A stretch of 39,856 nt of DNA from a virus (IMGVR_UViG_3300027804_000106:1-39856); one strand, 5' to 3'. Shown: positions 1 to 5,888, counted from the first letter of the stretch. Notes: generated by a model from the letters alone, not told the origin. A program made the numbers and translations.

Positions 1-233
1 AACATATCTCTACTTGCTATTGCACTTGCCTCACTCTTCTCTAGCACCGCTATATCTTTTCTGAGTTGAGTGATCTCATGCAATATATAATCTTGTTCAA
101 ACTCTGTTGCATTCCATTGGTGAGAGGCAACAATATCTTTGAGCTTAATGTTCTCTTCATTTAACATATCAATGACATCAGATAACTCTAATATCCTATG
201 TTCTAAATCTGTATATTGTGGTTTGTCTCTCAT
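1..233 (-). CDS. Hypothetical coiled-coil phage protein, 5' part (runs off window)
   Basis: Manual translation from ATG at 233: MRDKPQYTDLEHRILELSDVIDMLNEENIKLKDIVASHQW...; open to the window edge; follows 247..669 in the same operon. Confidence 0.7.
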   Translation of the reverse strand, partial: MRDKPQYTDLEHRILELSDVIDMLNEENIKLKDIVASHQWNATEFEQDYILHEITQLRKDIAVLEKSEASAIASRDM

Positions 234-246
234 TTATAATTCTATG

Positions 247-669
247 CTACAAATTTACTTCAGTGAATAGGTATGTAGGAACATCATAAAAATATTCCCC
301 TTGACTTACTGCTTTGTTAGGTATCTCAGCGACTGCTGAATCTTTAATCACTTGTGAATCTACATACCATGCACGTTCCATACCTCTTGACACAACAAAA
401 TAAATAGTCTTCTTATTGTTGTTGAATAGTTTATCTTTTCGCTTGGGTATATGGATTGTTTTGAAGGGGCAATGATCCCAATCTCTCATTTCAATTTCAG
501 CATAGCCAATTAACTCTTTATCTTTTTCGATAATGAGATCTACTGCATACTGATTAGGATTGTGCCACGCATTCATTCCCCATGTGGCTTTGATATACTT
601 ACTTACTGCTTCCCTTGCTGGCGGATCACAAGCATCATGCACCGCTTGATTGAATGGCTTTGTCCTCAT
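247..669 (-). CDS. Putative PD-(D/E)XK-like nuclease-fold protein
   Basis: 140 aa; YAVDLII...YAEIEMR resembles the D...ExK/E motif of restriction-endonuclease-like folds. Confidence 0.5.
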   Translation of the reverse strand: MRTKPFNQAVHDACDPPAREAVSKYIKATWGMNAWHNPNQYAVDLIIEKDKELIGYAEIEMRDWDHCPFKTIHIPKRKDKLFNNNKKTIYFVVSRGMERAWYVDSQVIKDSAVAEIPNKAVSQGEYFYDVPTYLFTEVNL

Positions 670-862
670 AGTATTGCTTATTTCTTTGCCCTCTCTCTGT
701 TGGTTTTGGTAATACGATGTATCCCTCTGCTTCTAACTTCTTTAATCTGCGGTAGTTTGTATGGCAATTCTTAATGATGTCATCTATCGTAGCACTTGGA
801 TATCCTACAACATAAAACAAGATTTTATTTGCCATCTTCCTGTCATCAACTTTTGTATACAT
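635..862 (-). CDS. Small basic protein, possible winged-helix DNA-binding protein
   Basis: 75 aa; ATIDDIIKNCHTNYRRLKKLEAEGYI resembles a wHTH; TAATG overlap with the upstream ORF. Confidence 0.5.
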   Translation of the reverse strand: MYTKVDDRKMANKILFYVVGYPSATIDDIIKNCHTNYRRLKKLEAEGYIVLPKPTERGQRNKQYYEDKAIQSSGA

Positions 863-1020
863 TAAAACTTACTACCCACTTCCTGAAATATTTTCTCGAA
901 TGCTGATGGCTTGAAATCTTGCTTGTTAAATTCAAACATAGTCTTTTTGCCATTAGCGTGTTTAATATATCCCTTAACCAAAACATTTTCAACTATGATT
1001 GTTTTCTTTGTATCAGACAT
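862..1020 (-). CDS. Hypothetical protein (52 aa)
   Basis: Manual: MSDTKKTIIVENVLVKGYIKHANGKKTMFEFNKQDFKPSAFEKIFQEVGSKF; TAATG coupling at both ends. Confidence 0.7.
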   Translation of the reverse strand: MSDTKKTIIVENVLVKGYIKHANGKKTMFEFNKQDFKPSAFEKIFQEVGSKF

Positions 1021-1187
1021 TACTCACCTACCGTTCTATATGATATACCTAGATATATGTTTCTTACATTGTGTTTGTTAAGATTAAATTGTTTAGCTAC
1101 CTTTGGAATAGGCATGGTCTTCAATGCCTTCTTGATTGCTATGACCTGTTCAGTCGTTAAATATTTTTTATGATAAACTTCGCTCAT
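1020..1187 (-). CDS. Small HTH DNA-binding protein (55 aa)
   Basis: Manual: MSEVYHKKYLTTEQVIAIKKALKTMPIPKVAKQFNLNKHNVRNIYLGISYRTVGE; LTxEQV...VAKQFNL...V..I is an HTH pattern; GAGGAGG upstream; TAATG coupling. Confidence 0.65.
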   Translation of the reverse strand: MSEVYHKKYLTTEQVIAIKKALKTMPIPKVAKQFNLNKHNVRNIYLGISYRTVGE

Positions 1188-1360
1188 TAATATGGTGCCT
1201 CCTCGTAATCATTTGTATTAAACACTTCTTTTGGTGTTTTAGGTAACTCTATCACATCTATATCAGGGTGTGAATCTTTATACCATTTAGCTTCTCGTTT
1301 TGACCAACGATATTTCCTGATGATGTCTCCATCATCTACAACTGCGTGAGTAAAATCCAT
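1187..1360 (-). CDS. Hypothetical protein (57 aa), first gene of the left operon
   Basis: Manual: MDFTHAVVDDGDIIRKYRWSKREAKWYKDSHPDIDVIELPKTPKEVFNTNDYEEAPY; RBS AAAGGA upstream. Confidence 0.7.
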   Translation of the reverse strand: MDFTHAVVDDGDIIRKYRWSKREAKWYKDSHPDIDVIELPKTPKEVFNTNDYEEAPY

Positions 1361-1374
1361 ATGATCCTTTCATT

Positions 1375-1689
1375 GTTTTTAGAGATAGCTCCGCCTAGGG
1401 TGAGAAGTAGCACCTTTGATCCATATCAAGCAACACAAGCACACTCAATACCAATCCTACACAGAGTTAATGTTCAATCGACATACAGTAGGCAAGTCAC
1501 CCCAGTCCTGTATATCTTGTGTGATACCCATTTAAGTTCACGAGGCTCGCTTGCGGGTGTAAACAAGGCCTATGTATTCTTCCAAGCAACCCATGTAGGT
1601 TCACTGATATCGTTTGGAGTACGGATAGAAGGGAATAGAAAGATGATGACGTAGAAATACATCATCAACTTTCCTTGTCCAATCTCTCA
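1375..1689 (-). ncRNA. Candidate ~310-nt structured ncRNA or long 5' leader
   Basis: No convincing long ORF; more GC-rich than flanks; stems 1638-1673, 1480-1516, 1559-1604 and 1419-1425/1620-1626 each contain a position that is G.U on the - strand but a C.A mismatch on +; promoter-like element directly upstream. Confidence 0.5.
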
Positions 1690-1695
1690 TTTATT

Positions 1696-1724
1696 AATTT
1701 ACACCTAGTTGGATAAAAAAGCAA
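1696..1724 (-). promoter_or_regulatory. Putative sigma70 promoter
   Basis: - strand TTGCTT-N17-TAAATT, just downstream of the terminator at 1730-1768. Confidence 0.45.
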
Positions 1725-1729
1725 TAGCT

Positions 1730-1768
1730 AGAAAAGAAAAACCCCTAGATGATCAGTCTAAGGGTTTT
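1730..1768 (-). terminator. Rho-independent terminator
   Basis: - strand AAAACCCTTAGA-CTGATCA-TCTAGGGGTTTT followed by TCTTTTCT; the single non-WC pair is U.G on -. Confidence 0.8.
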
Positions 1769-1838
1769 AAGGTGCGAGGGACACCGAGACTTTATCAGAG
1801 AGATTAGATAAAGGAAAGCCGTGAGGAAAGGGACTCAC
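1730..1838 (-). ncRNA. Candidate ~110-nt sRNA with three CU-rich-loop hairpins plus terminator
   Basis: Bounded by a near-consensus promoter (1845-1873) and a terminator; hairpins 1821-1838, 1790-1813, 1771-1785; no ATG-initiated ORF. Confidence 0.65.
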
Positions 1839-1844
1839 AACGAA

Positions 1845-1873
1845 ACTATAACAAACCTGACTATTCCTGTCAA
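1845..1873 (-). promoter_or_regulatory. Strong sigma70 promoter
   Basis: - strand TTGACA-N17-TATAGT (11/12 consensus, optimal spacing). Confidence 0.8.
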
Positions 1874-1877
1874 CATA

Positions 1878-2066
1878 TTTGTAAAAGTTATATAGAAATA
1901 GTTGTATATAACTAAATGTTATATAGAATTAGGCATTATTCATGGTTTTATGGAGGATTTTGTATAGCAAAAGGCGCATTATATTCAATACAAACTAGTT
2001 TGTATGGAGTAAATTACATACAAAGGTGTTTGTATAGCAAAAATAGATCTTTTTTATATACAAAGG
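1878..2066. repeat. AT-rich array of direct and inverted TT(G/A)TAT repeats (operator or origin candidate)
   Basis: ATACAAACTAGTTTGTAT (1988-2005, perfect palindrome); ATACAAAggtgTTTGTAT (2018-2035); TTTGTATAGCAAAA x2 (1959, 2029); GTTATATAGAA x2 (1887, 1918); TAGTTGTATATAACTA (1899-1914). Confidence 0.6.
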
Positions 2067-2074
2067 AAAATATT

Positions 2075-2146
2075 ATGTGGACAACTCCAGCAGCTACAGA
2101 AATGCGTTTTGGCTTTGAAGTAACTATGTACGTAATGAACAAGTAA
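2075..2146 (+). CDS. pqqA: Pyrroloquinoline quinone precursor peptide PqqA (23 aa)
   Basis: MWTTPAATEMRFGFEVTMYVMNK: MWxxP...R(F/L)GFEVTxY signature with the Glu-x3-Tyr pair that becomes PQQ; RBS AAAGGA at 2062-2067. Confidence 0.95.
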   Translation: MWTTPAATEMRFGFEVTMYVMNK

Positions 2147-2181
2147 TGGTTATCGTAACAGATTGCTATTAGTAGTATAAT

Positions 2182-2202
2182 AGGGGACTTATGTCCCCTT
2201 TT
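2182..2202 (+). terminator. Hairpin/terminator-like element overlapping the RBS and ATG of the oxygenase gene
   Basis: AGGGGAC-TTAT-GTCCCCT followed by TTT; ATG 2191-2193 lies in the loop and start of the 3' stem. Confidence 0.55.
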
Positions 2203-2805
2203 GTACGCCATAAATTTGATATAGATGTTGATGAGATAGCCGATAAAGTCTTCAGACTGCAACAGCATTGGATATCTCGTTCAAATGAATTCCCTTTCTA
2301 CACTCTTGGAAGGTGCTCTTACCTAGATGGAAAGACACCAGCTTACCATGAGGAAATCAAGACTCTTAACCCAATACTTATAAAAGAATTTGATAGCTTA
2401 TATGCTATCATTATTGATCACTTATCGAATCAGTTCGGTGAACCTATTGCAATCAGTGATCGTCTAGCAATACCTTCCTTTCATATATTTATGTCAAGTC
2501 CATTCCTGCTTAGCCATGCAGGCCTTTGGCATCAAGACTACCCGCATCTTACATTAGACTTAGGATCAGTTGATCCCTATGCATTCACCGTAGCAATTAA
2601 ACTGCCAAGCGGTGGGGCTGGTATGGATTATATTGAAGATGGGAAACAGAAACATATAGCCTATAAAGAGAAAGAATTTATAGGCCATGATGGCACTATG
2701 CTACATAGGATTGCTGGATTAAAAACTTACGTGAGTGGGGAATACAGGATTACATTACAAGGACATTTGATACGCTTGAATGGCGTATTGACTATGTTTT
2801 GGTAA
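2191..2805 (+). CDS. 2OG-Fe(II) oxygenase superfamily protein
   Basis: HxD (WHQD), FTVAI..PSGGAG strand, distal H (LHRI) and RITLQ Arg: the HxD...H...R arrangement of DSBH dioxygenases. Confidence 0.75.
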   Translation: MSPFVRHKFDIDVDEIADKVFRLQQHWISRSNEFPFYTLGRCSYLDGKTPAYHEEIKTLNPILIKEFDSLYAIIIDHLSNQFGEPIAISDRLAIPSFHIFMSSPFLLSHAGLWHQDYPHLTLDLGSVDPYAFTVAIKLPSGGAGMDYIEDGKQKHIAYKEKEFIGHDGTMLHRIAGLKTYVSGEYRITLQGHLIRLNGVLTMFW

Positions 2806-2910
2806 TTAAAAGTATTTATAGGCCATTAAGAATAGTTTAATTACACCATACATTCCATACATCATGGCGGCAATAACTATTCCGTGAACGATAGGGTCTA
2901 ATTTGTTCAT
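2806..2910 (-). CDS. Small membrane peptide (34 aa)
   Basis: Manual: MNKLDPIVHGIVIAAMMYGMYGVIKLFLMAYKYF; ATGA overlap with the upstream ORF. Confidence 0.55.
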   Translation of the reverse strand: MNKLDPIVHGIVIAAMMYGMYGVIKLFLMAYKYF

Positions 2911-3068
2911 CTTTTTTTCTTCTTAAGTTTTCTTACTATCTGGAACTTCTTCTCATTACTGTATTCATTCCAATAAGTAATGTCATGCTTAGATCTACCA
3001 CAGCCTACGCAGTGATTGTTTTCCAGCTTACAAACTTTAATGCAAGGCGACTGAACCTCACTCTTCAT
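2907..3068 (-). CDS. DUF1289 (YdhL-like) Cys-rich, predicted Fe-S protein
   Basis: Manual: MKSEVQSPCIKVCKLENNHCVGCGRSKHDITYWNEYS...; SPCIxxC-x6-CxGCxR...IxxW signature. Confidence 0.8.
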   Translation of the reverse strand: MKSEVQSPCIKVCKLENNHCVGCGRSKHDITYWNEYSNEKKFQIVRKLKKKKR

Positions 3069-3270
3069 AGTGATCGTCTGGTATATACTTTACATCATAT
3101 CTAATATCACGAAGCATTTCAGAATCTGAATCATAAGCTACGCCATCTTTGTATGGCTTATCTTTATATGATTGATTCTTCTTCTTGCCCCATATACGAT
3201 CATATGCCTCGTCATAGGCTTCTTTATTAGTGGGTCTTTGCTTACTACCTTTTCCTGCTTCACTTGCCAT
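3058..3270 (-). CDS. Hypothetical phage protein
   Basis: 70 aa; GKGSKQRP...YDRIW motif; RBS AAGGA. Confidence 0.7.
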   Translation of the reverse strand: MASEAGKGSKQRPTNKEAYDEAYDRIWGKKKNQSYKDKPYKDGVAYDSDSEMLRDIRYDVKYIPDDHYEE

Positions 3271-3271
3271 A

Positions 3272-3442
3272 CTATTTCCTTAAACACATAATGACAGGGG
3301 TAATCCCTGGTCGTTTAACATTATCATACTTTTCTATTATAGCGGTTTTTGCATTCTCACAAGTAAGTTGTGAATCAAATTCTACGCTATAGGTTTCAAC
3401 AGACATATTGCCAAACATGATTACTATCATTATGTAATGCAT
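3272..3442 (-). CDS. Hypothetical protein with hydrophobic N-terminus (56 aa)
   Basis: Manual: MHYIMIVIMFGNMSVETYSVEFDSQLTCENAK...IMCLRK; RBS AGGAG. Confidence 0.65.
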   Translation of the reverse strand: MHYIMIVIMFGNMSVETYSVEFDSQLTCENAKTAIIEKYDNVKRPGITPVIMCLRK

Positions 3443-3450
3443 AATATCTC

Positions 3451-4155
3451 CTACAAAAGTTTACCGATCCATTTACCATTTGTATTAAGCATCATAGGCA
3501 TGAGTTTAGGCTGACCATTGATGATCATGCCACAGCCTACAATGAATCTAGTCTTAAAGTTTTTAGCATATTGGAATGCCATAGACTTCTGATTGATTAA
3601 ACAACCAACCTGCATACCCCAGACTAACTGATCTGGATTGCTGTAATATCCGATACTAAACTTGGTATGGTAGTGGCCCTGCACAGTGTGCATCCCGTAT
3701 TGCATGGCAACTTTAAGCACGTCAGCTGAAAGGCCGTGAGTAAAGAAGCATCGTGAGTTATCTGAAAGTGTCACTGTATGATCTTCCACCCATTTCCAAC
3801 CACTGCCAACACCAAGGTAATCATTGTAGTCTTTTAAGTAACCTTTAGGTACACCATGTTTTAATGCACGTCTAAACAACATAGATGAATGGTTAGAGTG
3901 AACAATAGTCATCTTAGGAAATATCTTTTCAAGCTTCTGAATGTAAGATATAGAGGCAGCCAACTCATGACCAGCAGAGTATAAGTCTGGATCACTATCA
4001 TGCATAGACATAGCGTGCATATCTAATTCATCACCTATGTTGACTATATGATCTGGTTTGTATTTTGTTTTGAGTGCGGTAAGAAAAGCAAAAGCATCTG
4101 GGTGGTGGTACGGAATATGTAGATCTGATATAACTAATACTGATTTATATTTCAT
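3451..4155 (-). CDS. Calcineurin-like metallophosphoesterase
   Basis: DLH, GDELD, SNH, THG, GHYH motifs; start chosen at MKYK after GAGGGA. Confidence 0.9.
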   Translation of the reverse strand: MKYKSVLVISDLHIPYHHPDAFAFLTALKTKYKPDHIVNIGDELDMHAMSMHDSDPDLYSAGHELAASISYIQKLEKIFPKMTIVHSNHSSMLFRRALKHGVPKGYLKDYNDYLGVGSGWKWVEDHTVTLSDNSRCFFTHGLSADVLKVAMQYGMHTVQGHYHTKFSIGYYSNPDQLVWGMQVGCLINQKSMAFQYAKNFKTRFIVGCGMIINGQPKLMPMMLNTNGKWIGKLL

Positions 4156-4171
4156 GGTTTCCCTCGTAAGT

Positions 4172-4519
4172 TTATAATTCTTTCCTATCAAACCCGTATA
4201 AAGCATTGAATTGAAACATCAATTTCCTGAATGTTTGATCATGCTTATCATAATGTGTTTTACCATCTAAGTAAAGCTTTAGATGAACCATTTCATGTGC
4301 AACGGTTCTCATCATGTTGACATAGGTTTCTTGGTGGTGCGTGCTAATCCGCATAATCATTGGCTCTACATCAAACTCACCGCAGATAGTTGGATCTGTA
4401 TTTACTTCAAAAATAATTTTGTGAGGCGCTGGAAGATTCCAGGTATTGAACGGAGGCATCTTTCTCAACATATCATACGTTACTTTAATTGTATAATCGT
4501 TGATGAGCCTTGTAGTCAT
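4172..4519 (-). CDS. SprT-like zinc metallopeptidase
   Basis: HEMVH plus downstream H..F motif (KHDQTF). Confidence 0.8.
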   Translation of the reverse strand: MTTRLINDYTIKVTYDMLRKMPPFNTWNLPAPHKIIFEVNTDPTICGEFDVEPMIMRISTHHQETYVNMMRTVAHEMVHLKLYLDGKTHYDKHDQTFRKLMFQFNALYGFDRKEL

Positions 4520-4520
4520 G

Positions 4521-4769
4521 TTAGAGTCCTGAGTTAGCTTCTACTAATAATTTGCTATCGTACTTCTTTACTGCGGTAAACTTTTCAGCTTTATCATCGC
4601 ACCTATACAGAGGTGTTAAGGTAATATTATGGAGTTTTGATTTCAGCTCATTCTTAAATGATATTTCAGATGGCTTGAATGGGGAGATAAAACTATTGAC
4701 AAGTTTGTTGTTGTGATCAAACTCTTCGTAGATCCATGCGTATGGTTGTTTGCCAGAGTTAATCATCAT
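4521..4769 (-). CDS. Hypothetical protein
   Basis: 82-aa ORF packed in the operon; PYAW...TPLY motif common in small phage proteins. Confidence 0.6.
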   Translation of the reverse strand: MMINSGKQPYAWIYEEFDHNNKLVNSFISPFKPSEISFKNELKSKLHNITLTPLYRCDDKAEKFTAVKKYDSKLLVEANSGL

Positions 4770-4893
4770 GCAATCCTTCCATAGCTATTCTGCTTACAAA
4801 GTTACAAGAGGCTCTGAAGGCTACAAATACTATTGCAAAAGGAATCATACATATCCCTAAAAATCCTACTAATAAACCAAATTGTGTTTTCAT
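4759..4893 (-). CDS. Small membrane protein (44 aa)
   Basis: Manual: MKTQFGLLVGFLGICMIPFAIVFVAFRASCNFVSRIAMEGLHDD; RBS GGAGG; ATGA overlap. Confidence 0.6.
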   Translation of the reverse strand: MKTQFGLLVGFLGICMIPFAIVFVAFRASCNFVSRIAMEGLHDD

Positions 4894-5183
4894 TTAACCT
4901 CCAAGTGTTCTTTTTCAAATAACCAGCCTATAGTCTTACGATGAGCATCTTCCCACATATCTACCCGTTCTTCTCTTGTTAACTTGCTTCCTTGATCAAG
5001 ATTAGAATGACATTTATAACACATTGCGGCAATTCTGTAATCATTTGATTTCATGGAGGTAGATTTACCATCCCTCATTTGATTTGAATGAGCAGCAACA
5101 ACTGTTCCATCTTCAATCCCACACACCTGGCAGGGAGATTCTCTTACTACTTCTAATAACTTCTTATTCCTATACAATGCCAT
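4890..5183 (-). CDS. YbcO/DUF1364-like zinc-binding HNH-type nuclease
   Basis: CQVCG...TVVAAHSN...GK...K..D...AAMCYKCH..LD. Confidence 0.75.
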   Translation of the reverse strand: MALYRNKKLLEVVRESPCQVCGIEDGTVVAAHSNQMRDGKSTSMKSNDYRIAAMCYKCHSNLDQGSKLTREERVDMWEDAHRKTIGWLFEKEHLEVK

Positions 5184-5367
5184 GGGCTTTTTCTATCGCT
5201 CTGCATAAATCAACCCAATAATCTGCTTGTATATCACCACCCATATCACTAAATTCACTGCATATAGCATTTATTTGATCTTCGGTTAAAGGTTTAACTA
5301 CCTTAGGAAGCCTATCCATATCTTCAGATGTTAGCTTCTGTTCCATCCATTGTTTATAGTTTTCCAT
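5170..5367 (-). CDS. Hypothetical protein
   Basis: 65 aa; PLTEDQI...RAIEKAHGI motif typical of betaproteobacterial phage ORFs. Confidence 0.7.
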   Translation of the reverse strand: MENYKQWMEQKLTSEDMDRLPKVVKPLTEDQINAICSEFSDMGGDIQADYWVDLCRAIEKAHGIV

Positions 5368-5570
5368 TAGTGCATTCTCCTACGCATAGCAGATTCAAAA
5401 GACTTAATCTTATTCTCTAGTTTACGGATCTTAACATTGGTAGCCTTGGTTTCTTCATTATGTTCAGCAATCTTTTTACCTAAAGACTCTAAGCATTTAC
5501 CTAAGCGAATGCCAAGTTGTTTGTCTAAAACGTATACTTCTTCAGCTATCTTTATGAGTTCTTGAAACAT
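5367..5570 (-). CDS. Hypothetical coiled-coil protein
   Basis: 67 aa; RBS AAGGA; TAATG coupling. Confidence 0.65.
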   Translation of the reverse strand: MFQELIKIAEEVYVLDKQLGIRLGKCLESLGKKIAEHNEETKATNVKIRKLENKIKSFESAMRRRMH

Positions 5571-5715
5571 ATAAGTCCTTATTTGGTTTGACCATTTTAC
5601 TTAAACATACAGCACATTTGAATCGTTTAATATGTTTACTTGCAGTATAGACTAATTTACCTGTAGATGCTGGCTTGAATGAAAGACATGATGAGCAATA
5701 TCTTTTCTCATTCAT
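5542..5715 (-). CDS. Small zinc-finger protein (57 aa)
   Basis: Manual: MNEKRYCSSCLSFKP...RFKCAVCLSK; two CxxC; ATGA overlap. Confidence 0.65.
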   Translation of the reverse strand: MNEKRYCSSCLSFKPASTGKLVYTASKHIKRFKCAVCLSKMVKPNKDLYVSRTHKDS

Positions 5716-5888
5716 TTCTTGACTCTGCGTTTGATCGGAGGAAGGCCAACGCTCACCTCATCTTCCATCATAGCTTTAGCCATGGCTTTAGCTTCTTCAG
5801 GGATCTTATGTATGGGAGTGCCACGAATAAGATAACCCATCATAGCCATGCCAGCATAGACGGCCTCTAGTTGTTCTTTATCTGTCAT
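5712..5888 (-). CDS. Hypothetical protein (58 aa)
   Basis: Manual: MTDKEQLEAVYAGMAMMGYLIRG...; RBS GGAGG; ATGA overlaps at both ends. Confidence 0.7.
   Translation of the reverse strand: MTDKEQLEAVYAGMAMMGYLIRGTPIHKIPEEAKAMAKAMMEDEVSVGLPPIKRRVKK

Noticed and set aside
1346-1654. 102-aa + strand ORF
   Set aside because: No RBS, atypical composition, antisense to the operon; G.U asymmetry favours a - strand RNA
1375-1689. Group I intron, RNase P RNA or tmRNA identity
   Set aside because: AAGAUAUA and GGAAAGU fragments occur, but there is no P7 pairing, no interrupted gene, no RNase P 3' consensus and no tRNA-like ends
1771-1838. CsrB/RsmZ-like GGA-loop RNA on the + strand
   Set aside because: Promoter, terminator U-tract and wobble pairs all indicate the - strand; kept only as an alternative
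1878-2066. Mini-CRISPR array
   Set aside because: Repeats are only 7-14 nt, in mixed orientation, without a regular repeat-spacer structure; the Cas4-like gene sits in a recombination module
1916-2146. 76-aa ORF as an N-terminally extended PqqA
   Set aside because: A good RBS precedes ATG 2075 and yields a canonical-length PqqA; the upstream part is the repeat array
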